Positions 8,523 through 16,748 are shown, counted from the stretch's first letter. The stretch: 25,196 bases of DNA from an uncultured virus (IMG/VR IMGVR_UViG_3300031134_000596) (IMGVR_UViG_3300031134_000596), one strand, 5' to 3'. The notes: a model not told the origin generated them from the sequence alone. Numbers and translations: made by a program.

Positions 8523-8771
8523 ATGTCTCACACGCTCAACCCTGTGGATGTTCGAGAAATAGCAACTAATGCTGTTCGGCTGATCCAGTTCAATGATGAC
8601 AACTGGGAACAGGTTTACGAGTTCGTGAACTTCGAATGGGATGAAGACGACAAGAATGTGGGAGTTCCTGACCGTTTAGTGTTGGATGCTGCTGGCCATG
8701 AAGAGCCTCTTGTTGTCGAAAAAGGTCAGTGGATCGTGAAGTACAGCGACTTGATTGTGGATGTCATCTAA
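8523..8771 (+). CDS. small acidic hypothetical protein (82 aa), phage-like
   Basis: Start re-called to ATG 8523 after AAGGAGG; 'A...IQF...N' and 'V..GQWIVK' pattern typical of small phage proteins. Confidence 0.7.
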   Translation: MSHTLNPVDVREIATNAVRLIQFNDDNWEQVYEFVNFEWDEDDKNVGVPDRLVLDAAGHEEPLVVEKGQWIVKYSDLIVDVI

Positions 8772-8775
8772 AACC

Positions 8776-9123
8776 ATGGCTGTTTACGTAGATGACATGC
8801 TCATGGAAGCAACTGTAAACGGTGTCACATCCAGATGGTCTCATCTGTTTGCCGACGATACTGAAGAACTCATGGTCTTCGCTGGGAAGCTTAGGCTTTC
8901 ACGTGCCTGGGTTCAATACCCTGGAACATGGAAAGAACATTTTGACCTTACCAAAATGGTTAGGCTAAAAGCATTAGGTCTTGGCGCCATCAGTGTTCCC
9001 ATCATGTCCCAAGAGTGGGTTGATTTGCAGAACAAAAAAAGAGAACAAGCAGGTCTGCCTCTATTAGTGAAGCGGGTTGACCCTGCAGACTCTAAGCCAA
9101 CTCCTGAGTTCACTTTGTTCTAA
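8776..9123 (+). CDS. DUF4031 family protein
   Basis: 'MAVYVDD...WSHLFADDTEEL..FA..L.L...W.Q......HFDLT...R..A...GA' matches the DUF4031 pattern; start re-called to ATG 8776. Confidence 0.8.
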   Translation: MAVYVDDMLMEATVNGVTSRWSHLFADDTEELMVFAGKLRLSRAWVQYPGTWKEHFDLTKMVRLKALGLGAISVPIMSQEWVDLQNKKREQAGLPLLVKRVDPADSKPTPEFTLF

Positions 9124-9136
9124 CTCTGATGTAACT

Positions 9137-9173
9137 AAGTAGGGCCCGACAAAATCTGTCGGGCCCTACTTTT
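9137..9173. terminator. bidirectional hairpin terminator
   Basis: 15-bp perfect stem AAGTAGGGCCCGACA/TGTCGGGCCCTACTT between convergent genes, followed by T run. Confidence 0.85.
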
Positions 9174-9177
9174 GTTC

Positions 9178-9498
9178 TCAGCGGTCGCTGCGATGAATCT
9201 CGGTAATCTTCGTGCCATCAGGAACAGTGATGGTGGTGAATGTCGAGTAGGTGTTCATTTCACCTGCTGTTACCGTTACGGGCCAATCGGGAAGAAGATA
9301 ATCCTCTTCGTAGAGACCAAGAGCGGCTGTCCAGCAACCGTTAGAGCGGCAGTCCACGTATAGAATGGCAGTATCTCCGTTAGGGGCTTCAATCACCCCA
9401 GACCAATGGCCGTTGACTTCGTTGAATTCGTCAGCACCTTCCACCCCACCGATTTCGATGAGGTCGTCACTTGAACCATAAACTGTAAGCTCAGCCAT
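9178..9498 (-). CDS. acidic hypothetical protein (106 aa)
   Basis: Start re-called (MAELTVYGSSDDLIEIGG) after GAAAGGA RBS; TGgTAAAAT -10 upstream; the 'YGxSDDLxE' start is a phage-type motif. Confidence 0.75.
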   Translation of the reverse strand: MAELTVYGSSDDLIEIGGVEGADEFNEVNGHWSGVIEAPNGDTAILYVDCRSNGCWTAALGLYEEDYLLPDWPVTVTAGEMNTYSTFTTITVPDGTKITEIHRSDR

Positions 9499-9547
9499 TT
9501 TGCGTCCTTTCACAAACGTTGTTATGGTTCTATTTTACCATCATTTG

Positions 9548-9823
9548 CTATAGATGAGAAGACTCACGAGCAGGAACAAACTCCCACTGACCTACATAGC
9601 TCAGACGCACAAGTGTCTGCCTCTGGTCCTCAGGAAGAGTGTAGTCCAAAGTGGTGTTCGCCAGAAGCTCCATCTTACCTGAACGCTTGTCTCGGATTGC
9701 ATACTCTTTTCGGGCTGGCACCAGGTCAAAAGTGTCCAGCGAATCGATGACAGCATTCACCTGCTCATCGGTGAAGCCTTTGCTGGCGAGCGAGTTTTTC
9801 AGAGCTTCAAGCTGGTCTGTCAT
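9548..9823 (-). CDS. hypothetical protein (91 aa)
   Basis: ORF with AAGGGA RBS, directly downstream of the SprT-like gene. Confidence 0.7.
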   Translation of the reverse strand: MTDQLEALKNSLASKGFTDEQVNAVIDSLDTFDLVPARKEYAIRDKRSGKMELLANTTLDYTLPEDQRQTLVRLSYVGQWEFVPARESSHL

Positions 9824-9835
9824 TTTCTATGTCCC

Positions 9836-10363
9836 TTAGCTGATTTTGTATTGAATGGCGAAGCCGAAATGTATGGAAAACGTACCAGCAACTCCTCTTG
9901 AAGTCAAAATATCGCCGTGAAACTTTTTTCGTGCCACCTTGGTCACTTTTCCTACTGCACCGTCAGGAAACTTCAACCTGTCACCAATTCTCACTCCAGA
10001 TTCTGCCGCACTGATAGAAAGAAGGTGCTTAGCTCGTTTGTTTCGTTCAGCAATGTCTGGCCGTGCAGGATTATCTGCTGTTCGTTGCCCGGTGTAGCCC
10101 AAACTGGCTGCTTTCTTCTTCCATTCCGGTCCGTGCCCTGCTGAAGGCGGTAGAAGAGCATGAGCTATCTCATGAAGCATTGTCTGATGCACATGCTCCC
10201 GAGTTCCAGCTGCGACCATATGCCGGCTGATGCTAATTGTCTGAGTGTGGAAGGTAGTCAGACCTAAACGATTTTTCGCTCTATCGAACTTGAATGACCA
10301 GTTCTTCAACCCGTGACGCACCATGAGGTGTCGAGCAAGCCTTTCCGCTTTTTCTAATTCCAT
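9836..10363 (-). CDS. SprT-like zinc metalloprotease domain protein
   Basis: 'W.FKFDRAK.RLG...ISIS...TMLHEIAHAL....GHGPEWK' (HExxH plus GHG.W); start re-called to MELEKAE after GAAGGA; TGgTACGAT -10 upstream. Confidence 0.85.
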   Translation of the reverse strand: MELEKAERLARHLMVRHGLKNWSFKFDRAKNRLGLTTFHTQTISISRHMVAAGTREHVHQTMLHEIAHALLPPSAGHGPEWKKKAASLGYTGQRTADNPARPDIAERNKRAKHLLSISAAESGVRIGDRLKFPDGAVGKVTKVARKKFHGDILTSRGVAGTFSIHFGFAIQYKIS

Positions 10364-10484
10364 TTTTCCTTCTAAGATCAGTCTACATCGTACCATGAAC
10401 CTCTAATTTAGAAGGTTACAGGCAGGTGTTATTCGTACATCGTTCGAACATAAAGTAACAGTCGAAAAAAGTTCAGAAAAAGGC

Positions 10485-10513
10485 TTGCACCCTCATGCCA
10501 ACTAGGATAGTGT
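10485..10513 (+). promoter_or_regulatory. sigma70-type promoter of the 46-aa peptide gene
   Basis: TTGCAC(10485-10490)-N17-TAGTGT(10508-10513), with A-tracts upstream (UP-element-like). Confidence 0.65.
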
Positions 10514-10568
10514 CAGTTTTGTCAGAGAGAAACGGGTCCTGAGAAGCCCACAAACAAAGGAGAGTTCA

Positions 10569-10709
10569 ATGCGAGCGTTCATCACGGGTGTTCTTGCCCT
10601 CACGGTCCTTGTGACCTGCACCACGGGTGCAGCCATCGAGGCTGAGGCTGCGAACGCGGTCCCGACCACCGTCGCTGCAGGTACCGCTGCAGTGGGTGTT
10701 TTCGCCTAA
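10569..10709 (+). CDS. 46-aa small secreted/membrane peptide (not in ORF track)
   Basis: MRAFITGVLALTVLVTCTTGAAIEAEAANAVPTTVAAGTAAVGVFA; AAAGGAG RBS, own promoter and own hairpin. Confidence 0.7.
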   Translation: MRAFITGVLALTVLVTCTTGAAIEAEAANAVPTTVAAGTAAVGVFA

Positions 10710-10720
10710 TCAAAGCTGTT

Positions 10721-10758
10721 AGGAAGAGGGGAGCAGGAATTCCTGCTCCCCTCTTCCT
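10721..10758. terminator. 38-bp perfect palindrome, probable terminator
   Basis: AGGAAGAGGGGAGCAGGAA|TTCCTGCTCCCCTCTTCCT, 11 nt after the peptide stop codon. Confidence 0.65.
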
Positions 10759-10816
10759 GTTAAACCAACTGGACAAGCGACCACGCTTGCCTCTGCCTCA
10801 AAACTTCTGATCGGAG

Positions 10817-11044
10817 ATGACCATGACTGTACTCATTTTAGCAACCGCTTGTGCTGTAACCAGTACCTCCACTGCTTTCTTGTGGGTTAAGTTACGTCAC
10901 GCCAGAGCGGAAAACACCCGCAAAGAAGTGCAGTTGATGTATCGAAACAAAAAAGATGCCCGCTTGGCGTACCAAAATGGAAAACGAGATGGACGAAAAG
11001 AAGCTCACGTGTTGAAAGCTGAAACCGCTCAGGTGCCTCTGTGA
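10817..11044 (+). CDS. small protein with N-terminal TM anchor and basic tail (75 aa)
   Basis: Hydrophobic N-terminus followed by a K/R-rich helix; GGAG RBS (start may be a downstream ATG). Confidence 0.6.
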   Translation: MTMTVLILATACAVTSTSTAFLWVKLRHARAENTRKEVQLMYRNKKDARLAYQNGKRDGRKEAHVLKAETAQVPL

Positions 11045-11134
11045 GGCTTTAGGTCTCAACCACCACCAACGCCTCATAGATGGCTGTAAAGTGCCTCAGA
11101 GCCAGTCCAGAGGCTTCTCCTGGTAGATTCTGAC

Positions 11135-12052
11135 CTAATCAGTGAGTTTCATTCCATGTTCTTGTCTCTGGCTGATGTAATCAAGATGAGCTCGCATGTT
11201 TTTGGTGTTGCCTGCAGAGAATTGGTCTTGCAAAATTTCTGCTTCTACTTTAAGCGAGTTCAAACCCTTCATCAGTAAACTTGAGCTGTGCTCTTTTACC
11301 GACTCAGCATAGAGCTGTAACAGCTGATCCAAGTCTCCCAGCACTCTTTCCACAGCATGTCTTTCTTCTACGGAAAGGTTCTGGTTTTTGAGTTTGTACA
11401 TTGAGTAACGAATTGCAATGCATGCTTCGTTAGCAGCTTTGTCCATCTCAGGGTCTGAGGGAACTATCAGCTTGTCTTCCTGAAACACTTGTTCATGCTT
11501 TTCTTCAAACTGCACAGACAAAAGGGTTCCTTCTTGTGAGTTGACAGTAAGGAAGCACAAATCTCCTGTAATTGATTTGACTTCCAAAGTGAATTTGTCA
11601 TCATCTCGATACAGATGGGTAAAACCTTCCCACAACCGGTCAGATGTCACAGTAGGCAGCAAGAAGTGTTTCAGCTCAGGTTGAGCGTTCCACCATTTTC
11701 TGAACCTGTTACGAAACAACTGCTTGCGAGAGGGTCCCATAAAAGCGGACCATGCCCCTACTGACATGGCAGCTGTACTTGCTAAAGTTGCAATAGCTCC
11801 GACAACTATGAGTTGAGGAACTGCAGCCATCAAACCAGCTCCTGATGACATGAAAATAGTGCCACCTAAAGTCAACGCCATTGCATTGTCGCTACTGAAT
11901 CCAGAAGAGAAACGGTAAGGCTTTTTCAGATCGACAGTACGGGTTATTGTTTCAATCACCACACCAGGAGCTGACTCCGATTGTTTATCTGAAGGAACAG
12001 AGTTCAAGTACAGTGCTGTCGCATTTTCATAAGCATTATTTTTCGCGGTCAT
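11135..12052 (-). CDS. membrane-anchored distant family A member
   Basis: Two TM segments; C-terminal 'LSVEERHAVERVLGDLDQLLQLY...L..L..E...L....HLDYISQR' aligns by eye with the family A domain. Confidence 0.7.
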   Translation of the reverse strand: MTAKNNAYENATALYLNSVPSDKQSESAPGVVIETITRTVDLKKPYRFSSGFSSDNAMALTLGGTIFMSSGAGLMAAVPQLIVVGAIATLASTAAMSVGAWSAFMGPSRKQLFRNRFRKWWNAQPELKHFLLPTVTSDRLWEGFTHLYRDDDKFTLEVKSITGDLCFLTVNSQEGTLLSVQFEEKHEQVFQEDKLIVPSDPEMDKAANEACIAIRYSMYKLKNQNLSVEERHAVERVLGDLDQLLQLYAESVKEHSSSLLMKGLNSLKVEAEILQDQFSAGNTKNMRAHLDYISQRQEHGMKLTD

Positions 12053-12411
12053 CAGCTCACTTCAGTGTCTTTCCTAAAGCACTCAACTACATGCTCAGTT
12101 TGGTCAACATAATCCGCAGGCTTGCGTTTGAAAGAGTCATGAGGTGAAGGCGTGTCAAACCACAAAGCAACTGACCAATCTTCAACACCACGGTCAGATG
12201 CAATTTTTAGAATCTGCTTCAGTGCAGGGTAAGGTTTCCTATTCTCATCCAGCTGGAAAGCTGGGTACAGCATAATTCCTGAAGCTTCGACACCTAAACC
12301 GACACGGTTAGTTTCTGCGATTTCCATTTCATCGGAATCGAATACCATAGGCCAGGTTTTTAGGAACGCTGATTTCAGTTCAACAAGTCTGCGGGCAGGA
12401 TCGTAAGTCAT
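12052..12411 (-). CDS. Xre/MbcA/ParS antitoxin-like (Rv2175c-like) C-terminal domain protein
   Basis: 'LYPAFQLD....P.P.L..IL.......W.VALWF.TP........PAD' pattern; leaderless start re-called to ATG 12411 (TACAAT 6 nt upstream). Confidence 0.55.
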   Translation of the reverse strand: MTYDPARRLVELKSAFLKTWPMVFDSDEMEIAETNRVGLGVEASGIMLYPAFQLDENRKPYPALKQILKIASDRGVEDWSVALWFDTPSPHDSFKRKPADYVDQTEHVVECFRKDTEVS

Positions 12412-12466
12412 GGTTGAATTGTATCTCATTTCAGGCAAACCCGCAGGTAAAAAGCACTTTGAGCTG

Positions 12467-12495
12467 TTGCGGGAACGTACTTTTTGAGCTATGCT
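12467..12495 (+). promoter_or_regulatory. sigma70-type promoter
   Basis: TTGCGG(12467-12472)-N17-TATGCT(12490-12495). Confidence 0.6.
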
Positions 12496-12526
12496 GAGCG
12501 TCTAACTGACCATGAAAGGCACAACA

Positions 12527-13264
12527 ATGATTGACCACAGTGACGCAAGAACGCAGGCTCTGGTTATAAAGCACGCAGACCTCCTCGTAGAAGCTGCCTG
12601 CACATCCTACGAGAACCGCAAAATGTTCAACAGTCGAAAGACCCGTGATGTATGGTGCCCCAAGCACAGCACCTTCCATCTTGTGTACGCAAGTCAGTAC
12701 GCTTCTGTGTGGGACAGTCTGAAGAGCTTTCTTGACATTGAGACACCTCTTACGCTCGACCAGGAGAAAGAGCTGAGTGCCATTTCACGACAGCTCGTGA
12801 ACATCCTTGATGGACCTAACGGACCCATGATGAAGAGGACAGGAAAGAAGCCTGTTGTCCAGCAGAAGGCTACTACGAAGGTGAAGAAGCAGGTTATTTC
12901 TGGTCCCTCGCCTCTGAGTGCAGCTCAGAGCAACAAGAACATCCTGTCCTACAAGAACAACATTTCACTTACAGAGGCTGAAGCGGAAGAGTTCTCCAGT
13001 TGTATTCGTAAGAGAATGTTCATCAACGCAGCAGCTGCGGAGACTTTCCGTGACAGAGCTGCGGATTCTACTGAATTCCACGTTTACTCCTGCAACCACT
13101 GCGAATGGTGGCACATCGGTCATATCGTGAATGAGAATGCAGCTCGCCCTGAGGGTTACTACCGCATGAAGCTGCTCCGACTTTCACCCCAGGATAAGAA
13201 CCTTCTGATTGAGTTCAAGAGGAAAGTTCAGGTCCGACGCGAATACCTAACACAGACTGCTTAA
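12527..13264 (+). CDS. basic protein with two Cys/His (zinc-finger-like) modules
   Basis: 'C....RKMF...VWCPKHSTFHL' and 'CIRKRMF...A...VYSCNHCEWWHIGH'; start re-called to ATG 12527 after GAAAGG. Confidence 0.7.
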   Translation: MIDHSDARTQALVIKHADLLVEAACTSYENRKMFNSRKTRDVWCPKHSTFHLVYASQYASVWDSLKSFLDIETPLTLDQEKELSAISRQLVNILDGPNGPMMKRTGKKPVVQQKATTKVKKQVISGPSPLSAAQSNKNILSYKNNISLTEAEAEEFSSCIRKRMFINAAAAETFRDRAADSTEFHVYSCNHCEWWHIGHIVNENAARPEGYYRMKLLRLSPQDKNLLIEFKRKVQVRREYLTQTA

Positions 13265-13309
13265 AGTAAGAGGGACTCTCCACCGTGGAGAGTCCCTCTT
13301 ACTTTAAGC
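13259..13309. terminator. bidirectional terminator, 24-bp arms
   Basis: GCTTAAAGTAAGAGGGACTCTCCA-ccg-TGGAGAGTCCCTCTTACTTTAAGC; arms include both convergent TAA stops. Confidence 0.85.
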
Positions 13310-13669
13310 CATGTGATTTGAGGCTTGTTTCCATAGCTCAGCCCCACAACAAGAACGTTGGATAATTTTTTTAGCTTCTGGCTCAGACAGCTGAATCGTC
13401 CATTGTTTGTTCAGAAGGTCGTGTTGGAGTACACCGCGTTCGACAGCTCTGTCCATTGCAATGCGACCAGTTTGTGTTTTCAAAGTGAAAGGACTCAACT
13501 CCAAGTGAAAACGCAGTTCGCATTCAGCCGGAAAATGATCTTCGAATGCGGAGAATGCACGCACAAGACGTGAGTCCAAGCATTCAAAGTCGATCATCTG
13601 GACGCCTTCGATGCGTAACGATGCAGTGATGCCGTCAATAAAATTGTCCAGGTTAACGCCGGAAGTCAA
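13304..13669 (-). CDS. hypothetical protein (121 aa)
   Basis: TTG start with GAAAGGA RBS; ends in the terminator hairpin. Confidence 0.7.
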   Translation of the reverse strand: MTSGVNLDNFIDGITASLRIEGVQMIDFECLDSRLVRAFSAFEDHFPAECELRFHLELSPFTLKTQTGRIAMDRAVERGVLQHDLLNKQWTIQLSEPEAKKIIQRSCCGAELWKQASNHMA

Positions 13670-13745
13670 AATGTTGTCCTTTCTTGTCAGTGAACTAAAC
13701 GGGGGATGTTCACATATCTATCCTAATGCATAAATGTATTTTTAG

Positions 13746-13774
13746 TTGCGAAACACGCTTTAGCGAAGTATAGT
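13746..13774 (+). promoter_or_regulatory. sigma70-type promoter reading into a ~150-nt region lacking a clear gene
   Basis: TTGCGA(13746-13751)-N17-TATAGT(13769-13774). Confidence 0.6.
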
Positions 13775-13928
13775 TACTGTGATTAGCCGTCGTTATTGGA
13801 ATGGAGCTGTAATGCCCAAAGTAATTGACTCACTACCATGAAGTTTCTCATAAACGACGTATTGACGCAGCTGAAGCCACAGCGTCGGAAGTTGCTTCGA
13901 CGTCTTGGTAGTAGTCGGTAATAAAGAC

Positions 13929-13957
13929 TTGCAGGACTGTTGTTGATGGTGTAAGCT
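13929..13957 (+). promoter_or_regulatory. sigma70-type promoter for the 64-aa gene
   Basis: TTGCAG(13929-13934)-N17-TAAGCT(13952-13957). Confidence 0.6.
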
Positions 13958-14000
13958 TTTGTTATATCTTCCGCAAGCCAACATACTAAGGAGAACACTA

Positions 14001-14195
14001 ATGGCTCGCACGAACACCTTTGCTCAGATTCAGACCCTTGCTGGTCTGGAGAAGGCTCGGGACCTTGTTGCTGACCCGCAGAACATCAACCCTGACGGTC
14101 AGCTGACTGCACGAGAGACTCGGTTCCGTCAGAAGCACATCAGCGAGGACTACATCACTCGTCGTGCCCAGATTCTGATTGCACGAATGAAGTAA
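14001..14195 (+). CDS. small basic hypothetical protein (64 aa)
   Basis: Start re-called to ATG 14001 after AAGGAG; own promoter and terminator. Confidence 0.75.
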   Translation: MARTNTFAQIQTLAGLEKARDLVADPQNINPDGQLTARETRFRQKHISEDYITRRAQILIARMK

Positions 14196-14202
14196 CGAAC
14201 TC

Positions 14203-14239
14203 AAGTCGTTCTGCCTGAACACGGCAGGGCGGCTTTTTT
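14203..14239 (+). terminator. Rho-independent terminator
   Basis: AAGTCGTTCTGCC/GGCAGGGCGGCTT stem (G-U pairs valid on + strand) ending in a T6 run. Confidence 0.8.
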
Positions 14240-14258
14240 CGTGCTGATAGTAGAACCT

Positions 14259-15011
14259 ATGCTCAGAATAGCCACCCAGAACCTTGGAATGCCTCAGAAG
14301 TCTGACGGTTGGAAACACCGTTGGAGCGTTAGGCAGAAAGCTCACGCCAATCTCCTGAACAGCAACCGATTTGCTTTGGTCGCTTTGCAGGAGCTTCCTG
14401 CTGAGAATTTTGACGACTTCAAGCACACCATGAACCACAAAAGCAAAATCTGGGAATTCATCGGTGATTCATACATGAATGCTGTAGCCTTCAATGAAGA
14501 CTTCATTCATGTCGCTGATAAACCAGAGACGTTTGTCTACTCAGACAACGCTGAAGGTTGCTCTTCAGCTTTTACGGCTGTCCCTTTTTATGACCTCGGT
14601 GCTGAGGTGTACTTTACGTTCATCGTCACACACCTCAATGGAGGTGACCGTGCTATTCGTACAAAGCAGACAGCAGAGCTGGTAGCGTACGCTGAGACCA
14701 GAAGGACTTCTGAGAATCCTGTCATCGTTGCGGGTGATTTCAACTCACTTTCAGCAGCACAGGCAGTGTTCAACTCCGCTGACTTCACTGATTTGTGGGA
14801 AGCCACCCCAAACAAAGAGAACACTTTCATGAACTCTTACCAGGGGTGGACAGAAAAGTCGAAAGCTCGCCACCAGGAGGAGAGAGTTGACGCTATTTTC
14901 GGTTCAGGTAGCCTGCATGTGATTGAAGCAGGAGTCCTTCCTTCTGTATGGCATAATGTTCAAGCGTCTGACCATAACGCTGTGTGGTGTGAAGTGACGT
15001 TGAACGACTAA
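14259..15011 (+). CDS. endonuclease/exonuclease/phosphatase (EEP) family protein
   Basis: 'LRIATQN', 'VALQE', 'THL', 'VIVAGDFN', 'RVDAIF', 'ASDHNAV' catalytic motifs; start re-called to ATG 14259. Confidence 0.9.
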   Translation: MLRIATQNLGMPQKSDGWKHRWSVRQKAHANLLNSNRFALVALQELPAENFDDFKHTMNHKSKIWEFIGDSYMNAVAFNEDFIHVADKPETFVYSDNAEGCSSAFTAVPFYDLGAEVYFTFIVTHLNGGDRAIRTKQTAELVAYAETRRTSENPVIVAGDFNSLSAAQAVFNSADFTDLWEATPNKENTFMNSYQGWTEKSKARHQEERVDAIFGSGSLHVIEAGVLPSVWHNVQASDHNAVWCEVTLND

Positions 15012-15871
15012 GGCTTCAGGTACCGAACAAAACCTGTATGGTCCTCTTCTGCTGACACAACCTGCATTGGTGCCATGTCTTTAACCAGAGTCTTCAAATG
15101 TGGGTCTGAACGCCAAGACCATTTGTCTTCTGTGTAAGAACAGGAAGTTTCAACAGCTTTCAATGCTTCCATTGGGTCACAGCCGTAGAAACCACTGGAC
15201 CAGGCACGGTTGGCTTCCACCACTAACCATTCACTACGGTCCATGTCTAAAGCAACATCAAGTACATATGCAGGAGGGGTGTCTCCAACATTAGAAGTTT
15301 CGACATGCTGAGCAAACTCTTGGGCGTTAAAAAGTTCTGAAGAGTCGATACCTGAATGGAAACCAACCCCTTTTACAAGGTACGGACTGCCGGCGATGAC
15401 TTCTCCATTACGGATAAAGAACCGGTGTTCGTAGTCTAAGTTAAGGAAAGAATCAGTCCATTGCAGATGAATGTCCTCGGATAAACCGTTACTCAAAAAG
15501 ATATCTTTCAGCTCGGAGTAGCTATACCTTCCTGGGGCCAGTGACTTCACTTTCGCTTCTGCTGGTTTGACCCAGATTTGGTCAGAAAATTCAGGCATCT
15601 CTTTGAAAGTAGTTGCGGTGATTTTTCTACCAGTGAATTCGGGGTTCAAATTAGCTAACCATGCACTGCCGGGTGAGCACAACTGTGTAGCAAATCCAAG
15701 CTCTTGGAGCTGTGCTGCGTACAGTCCGCCCATCCAGTAGATGGTGTCGTAGTTTGCCAAATCAGGGATGACATCGCCGTAGCTGAAGAAGAGTTCTCTG
15801 TCGGTTATCCCTTTGCTGATCGATTGCACAAGGTTTACGCTGTGGGCTACAGTTAAGACGGCTTTCTTCAT
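15008..15871 (-). CDS. ATP-grasp domain protein (DUF4343 / R2K clade)
   Basis: 'WVKPAEAK.K', 'EHRFFI..G.VI..SPY', 'AYVLDVA......W.VVEAN.AWSSGFY'; leaderless start re-called to ATG 15871 (TATACT 6 nt upstream). Confidence 0.8.
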   Translation of the reverse strand: MKKAVLTVAHSVNLVQSISKGITDRELFFSYGDVIPDLANYDTIYWMGGLYAAQLQELGFATQLCSPGSAWLANLNPEFTGRKITATTFKEMPEFSDQIWVKPAEAKVKSLAPGRYSYSELKDIFLSNGLSEDIHLQWTDSFLNLDYEHRFFIRNGEVIAGSPYLVKGVGFHSGIDSSELFNAQEFAQHVETSNVGDTPPAYVLDVALDMDRSEWLVVEANRAWSSGFYGCDPMEALKAVETSCSYTEDKWSWRSDPHLKTLVKDMAPMQVVSAEEDHTGFVRYLKP

Positions 15872-15902
15872 GGTTCGAGTATACATGATTTTATCAGCAA
15901 TT

Positions 15903-15943
15903 GAAAGAGGACCTAACTCTTCGTCAGGGTTAGGTCCTCTTTC
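15903..15943. terminator. hairpin terminator
   Basis: GAAAGAGGACCTAACTCT/AGGGTTAGGTCCTCTTTC 18-bp stem downstream of the 15960-16235 gene. Confidence 0.75.
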
Positions 15944-15959
15944 TTATTACTTGGTTGGG

Positions 15960-16235
15960 TTAGATGACTTCCAGCTCATCCCCACGACCAAGAACCGTGT
16001 AGACAGCCTTGGTGGTTGCTACGGCAAGGTCCAGGTCCATGTGACGCAGGAACAGGTACTTGGTGAACAGCTTCGTTCGGTTGGTAGCCTGGTCAGCGGA
16101 GAAGCTCTCCGAAAGCAAAAGAACGACAAGACGCTCTTCATCTCGGGCGTTGTAGCCGTGCTTGGTGTAACTGTCGGAGACGCTCTTCAGAGCAGCAAGA
16201 GCGTCAATGCGGGTGGTGGTGGCGAGTGTGACCAT
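15960..16235 (-). CDS. hypothetical protein (91 aa)
   Basis: AAGGGAG RBS; promoter TTGCTT-N17-TACAGT at 16312-16284 (minus); terminator downstream. Confidence 0.8.
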   Translation of the reverse strand: MVTLATTTRIDALAALKSVSDSYTKHGYNARDEERLVVLLLSESFSADQATNRTKLFTKYLFLRHMDLDLAVATTKAVYTVLGRGDELEVI

Positions 16236-16415
16236 GGTTATCTCCCTTGACAGTGGGAAGTGCTATTCACTCCCTGTAGTAACACTGTAGTACGAGAACG
16301 AACAAGAAGCAAGTATCTCGACACATGTTTCTGGATCAGTTCTTGCCTGATTCCTAACGTTGGACAAAAAGACAAAAATGAGATAAGATGTGAATACTCT
16401 TTGAAAGGTTTTTTC

Positions 16416-16748
16416 ATGCCCATCCATGTTGACATTAGGATCAACGATACAGTTGTCGAGTCGTTGCATGTGGGTCGTATGAGTAAAAACGGAACACATG
16501 CTGGAAGTATCAACGAATACTCCATTCTCAAAGGCAGTGACCTTGACAAGCCAGGCTTGGTCTCAGAACCAAACGAACCTGAATGGGATACAGGTGTACG
16601 TTTCAACCATCGTTACGGCGATGATGCACTTCTGGCTCTTTTCAGAGGTCTTTATGCTCTCCATGGGCAGCCGGCAGTAACTGAACGTGAGCTGGAGTTA
16701 GAGCAAGAAGTTGCTCGCCTGAAAGCAATTATTTCGGCTGATGGCTAA
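16416..16748 (+). CDS. hypothetical protein (110 aa)
   Basis: Start re-called to ATG 16416 (MPIHVDIRIN) after GAAAGG; promoter TGGACA-N17-TAAGAT at 16361-16389. Confidence 0.75.
   Translation: MPIHVDIRINDTVVESLHVGRMSKNGTHAGSINEYSILKGSDLDKPGLVSEPNEPEWDTGVRFNHRYGDDALLALFRGLYALHGQPAVTERELELEQEVARLKAIISADG

Noticed and set aside
10423..10452. Possible LexA/SOS box (TCGTAC-ATC-GTTCGA-AC)
   Set aside because: Spacer is 3 nt rather than 4 and one half-site mismatches the actinobacterial TCGAAC-N4-GTTCGA consensus; cannot be supported
11041..11135. Short inverted repeats in the convergent intergenic gap (GTGAGGC/GCCTCAT; CCAG/CTGG)
   Set aside because: Stems are short with long loops; compatible with chance
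13998..16606. Long antisense ORFs (13998-14438, 15813-16250, 16238-16606)
   Set aside because: They overlap better-supported genes on the opposite strand, cross terminators or promoters, and lack RBSs
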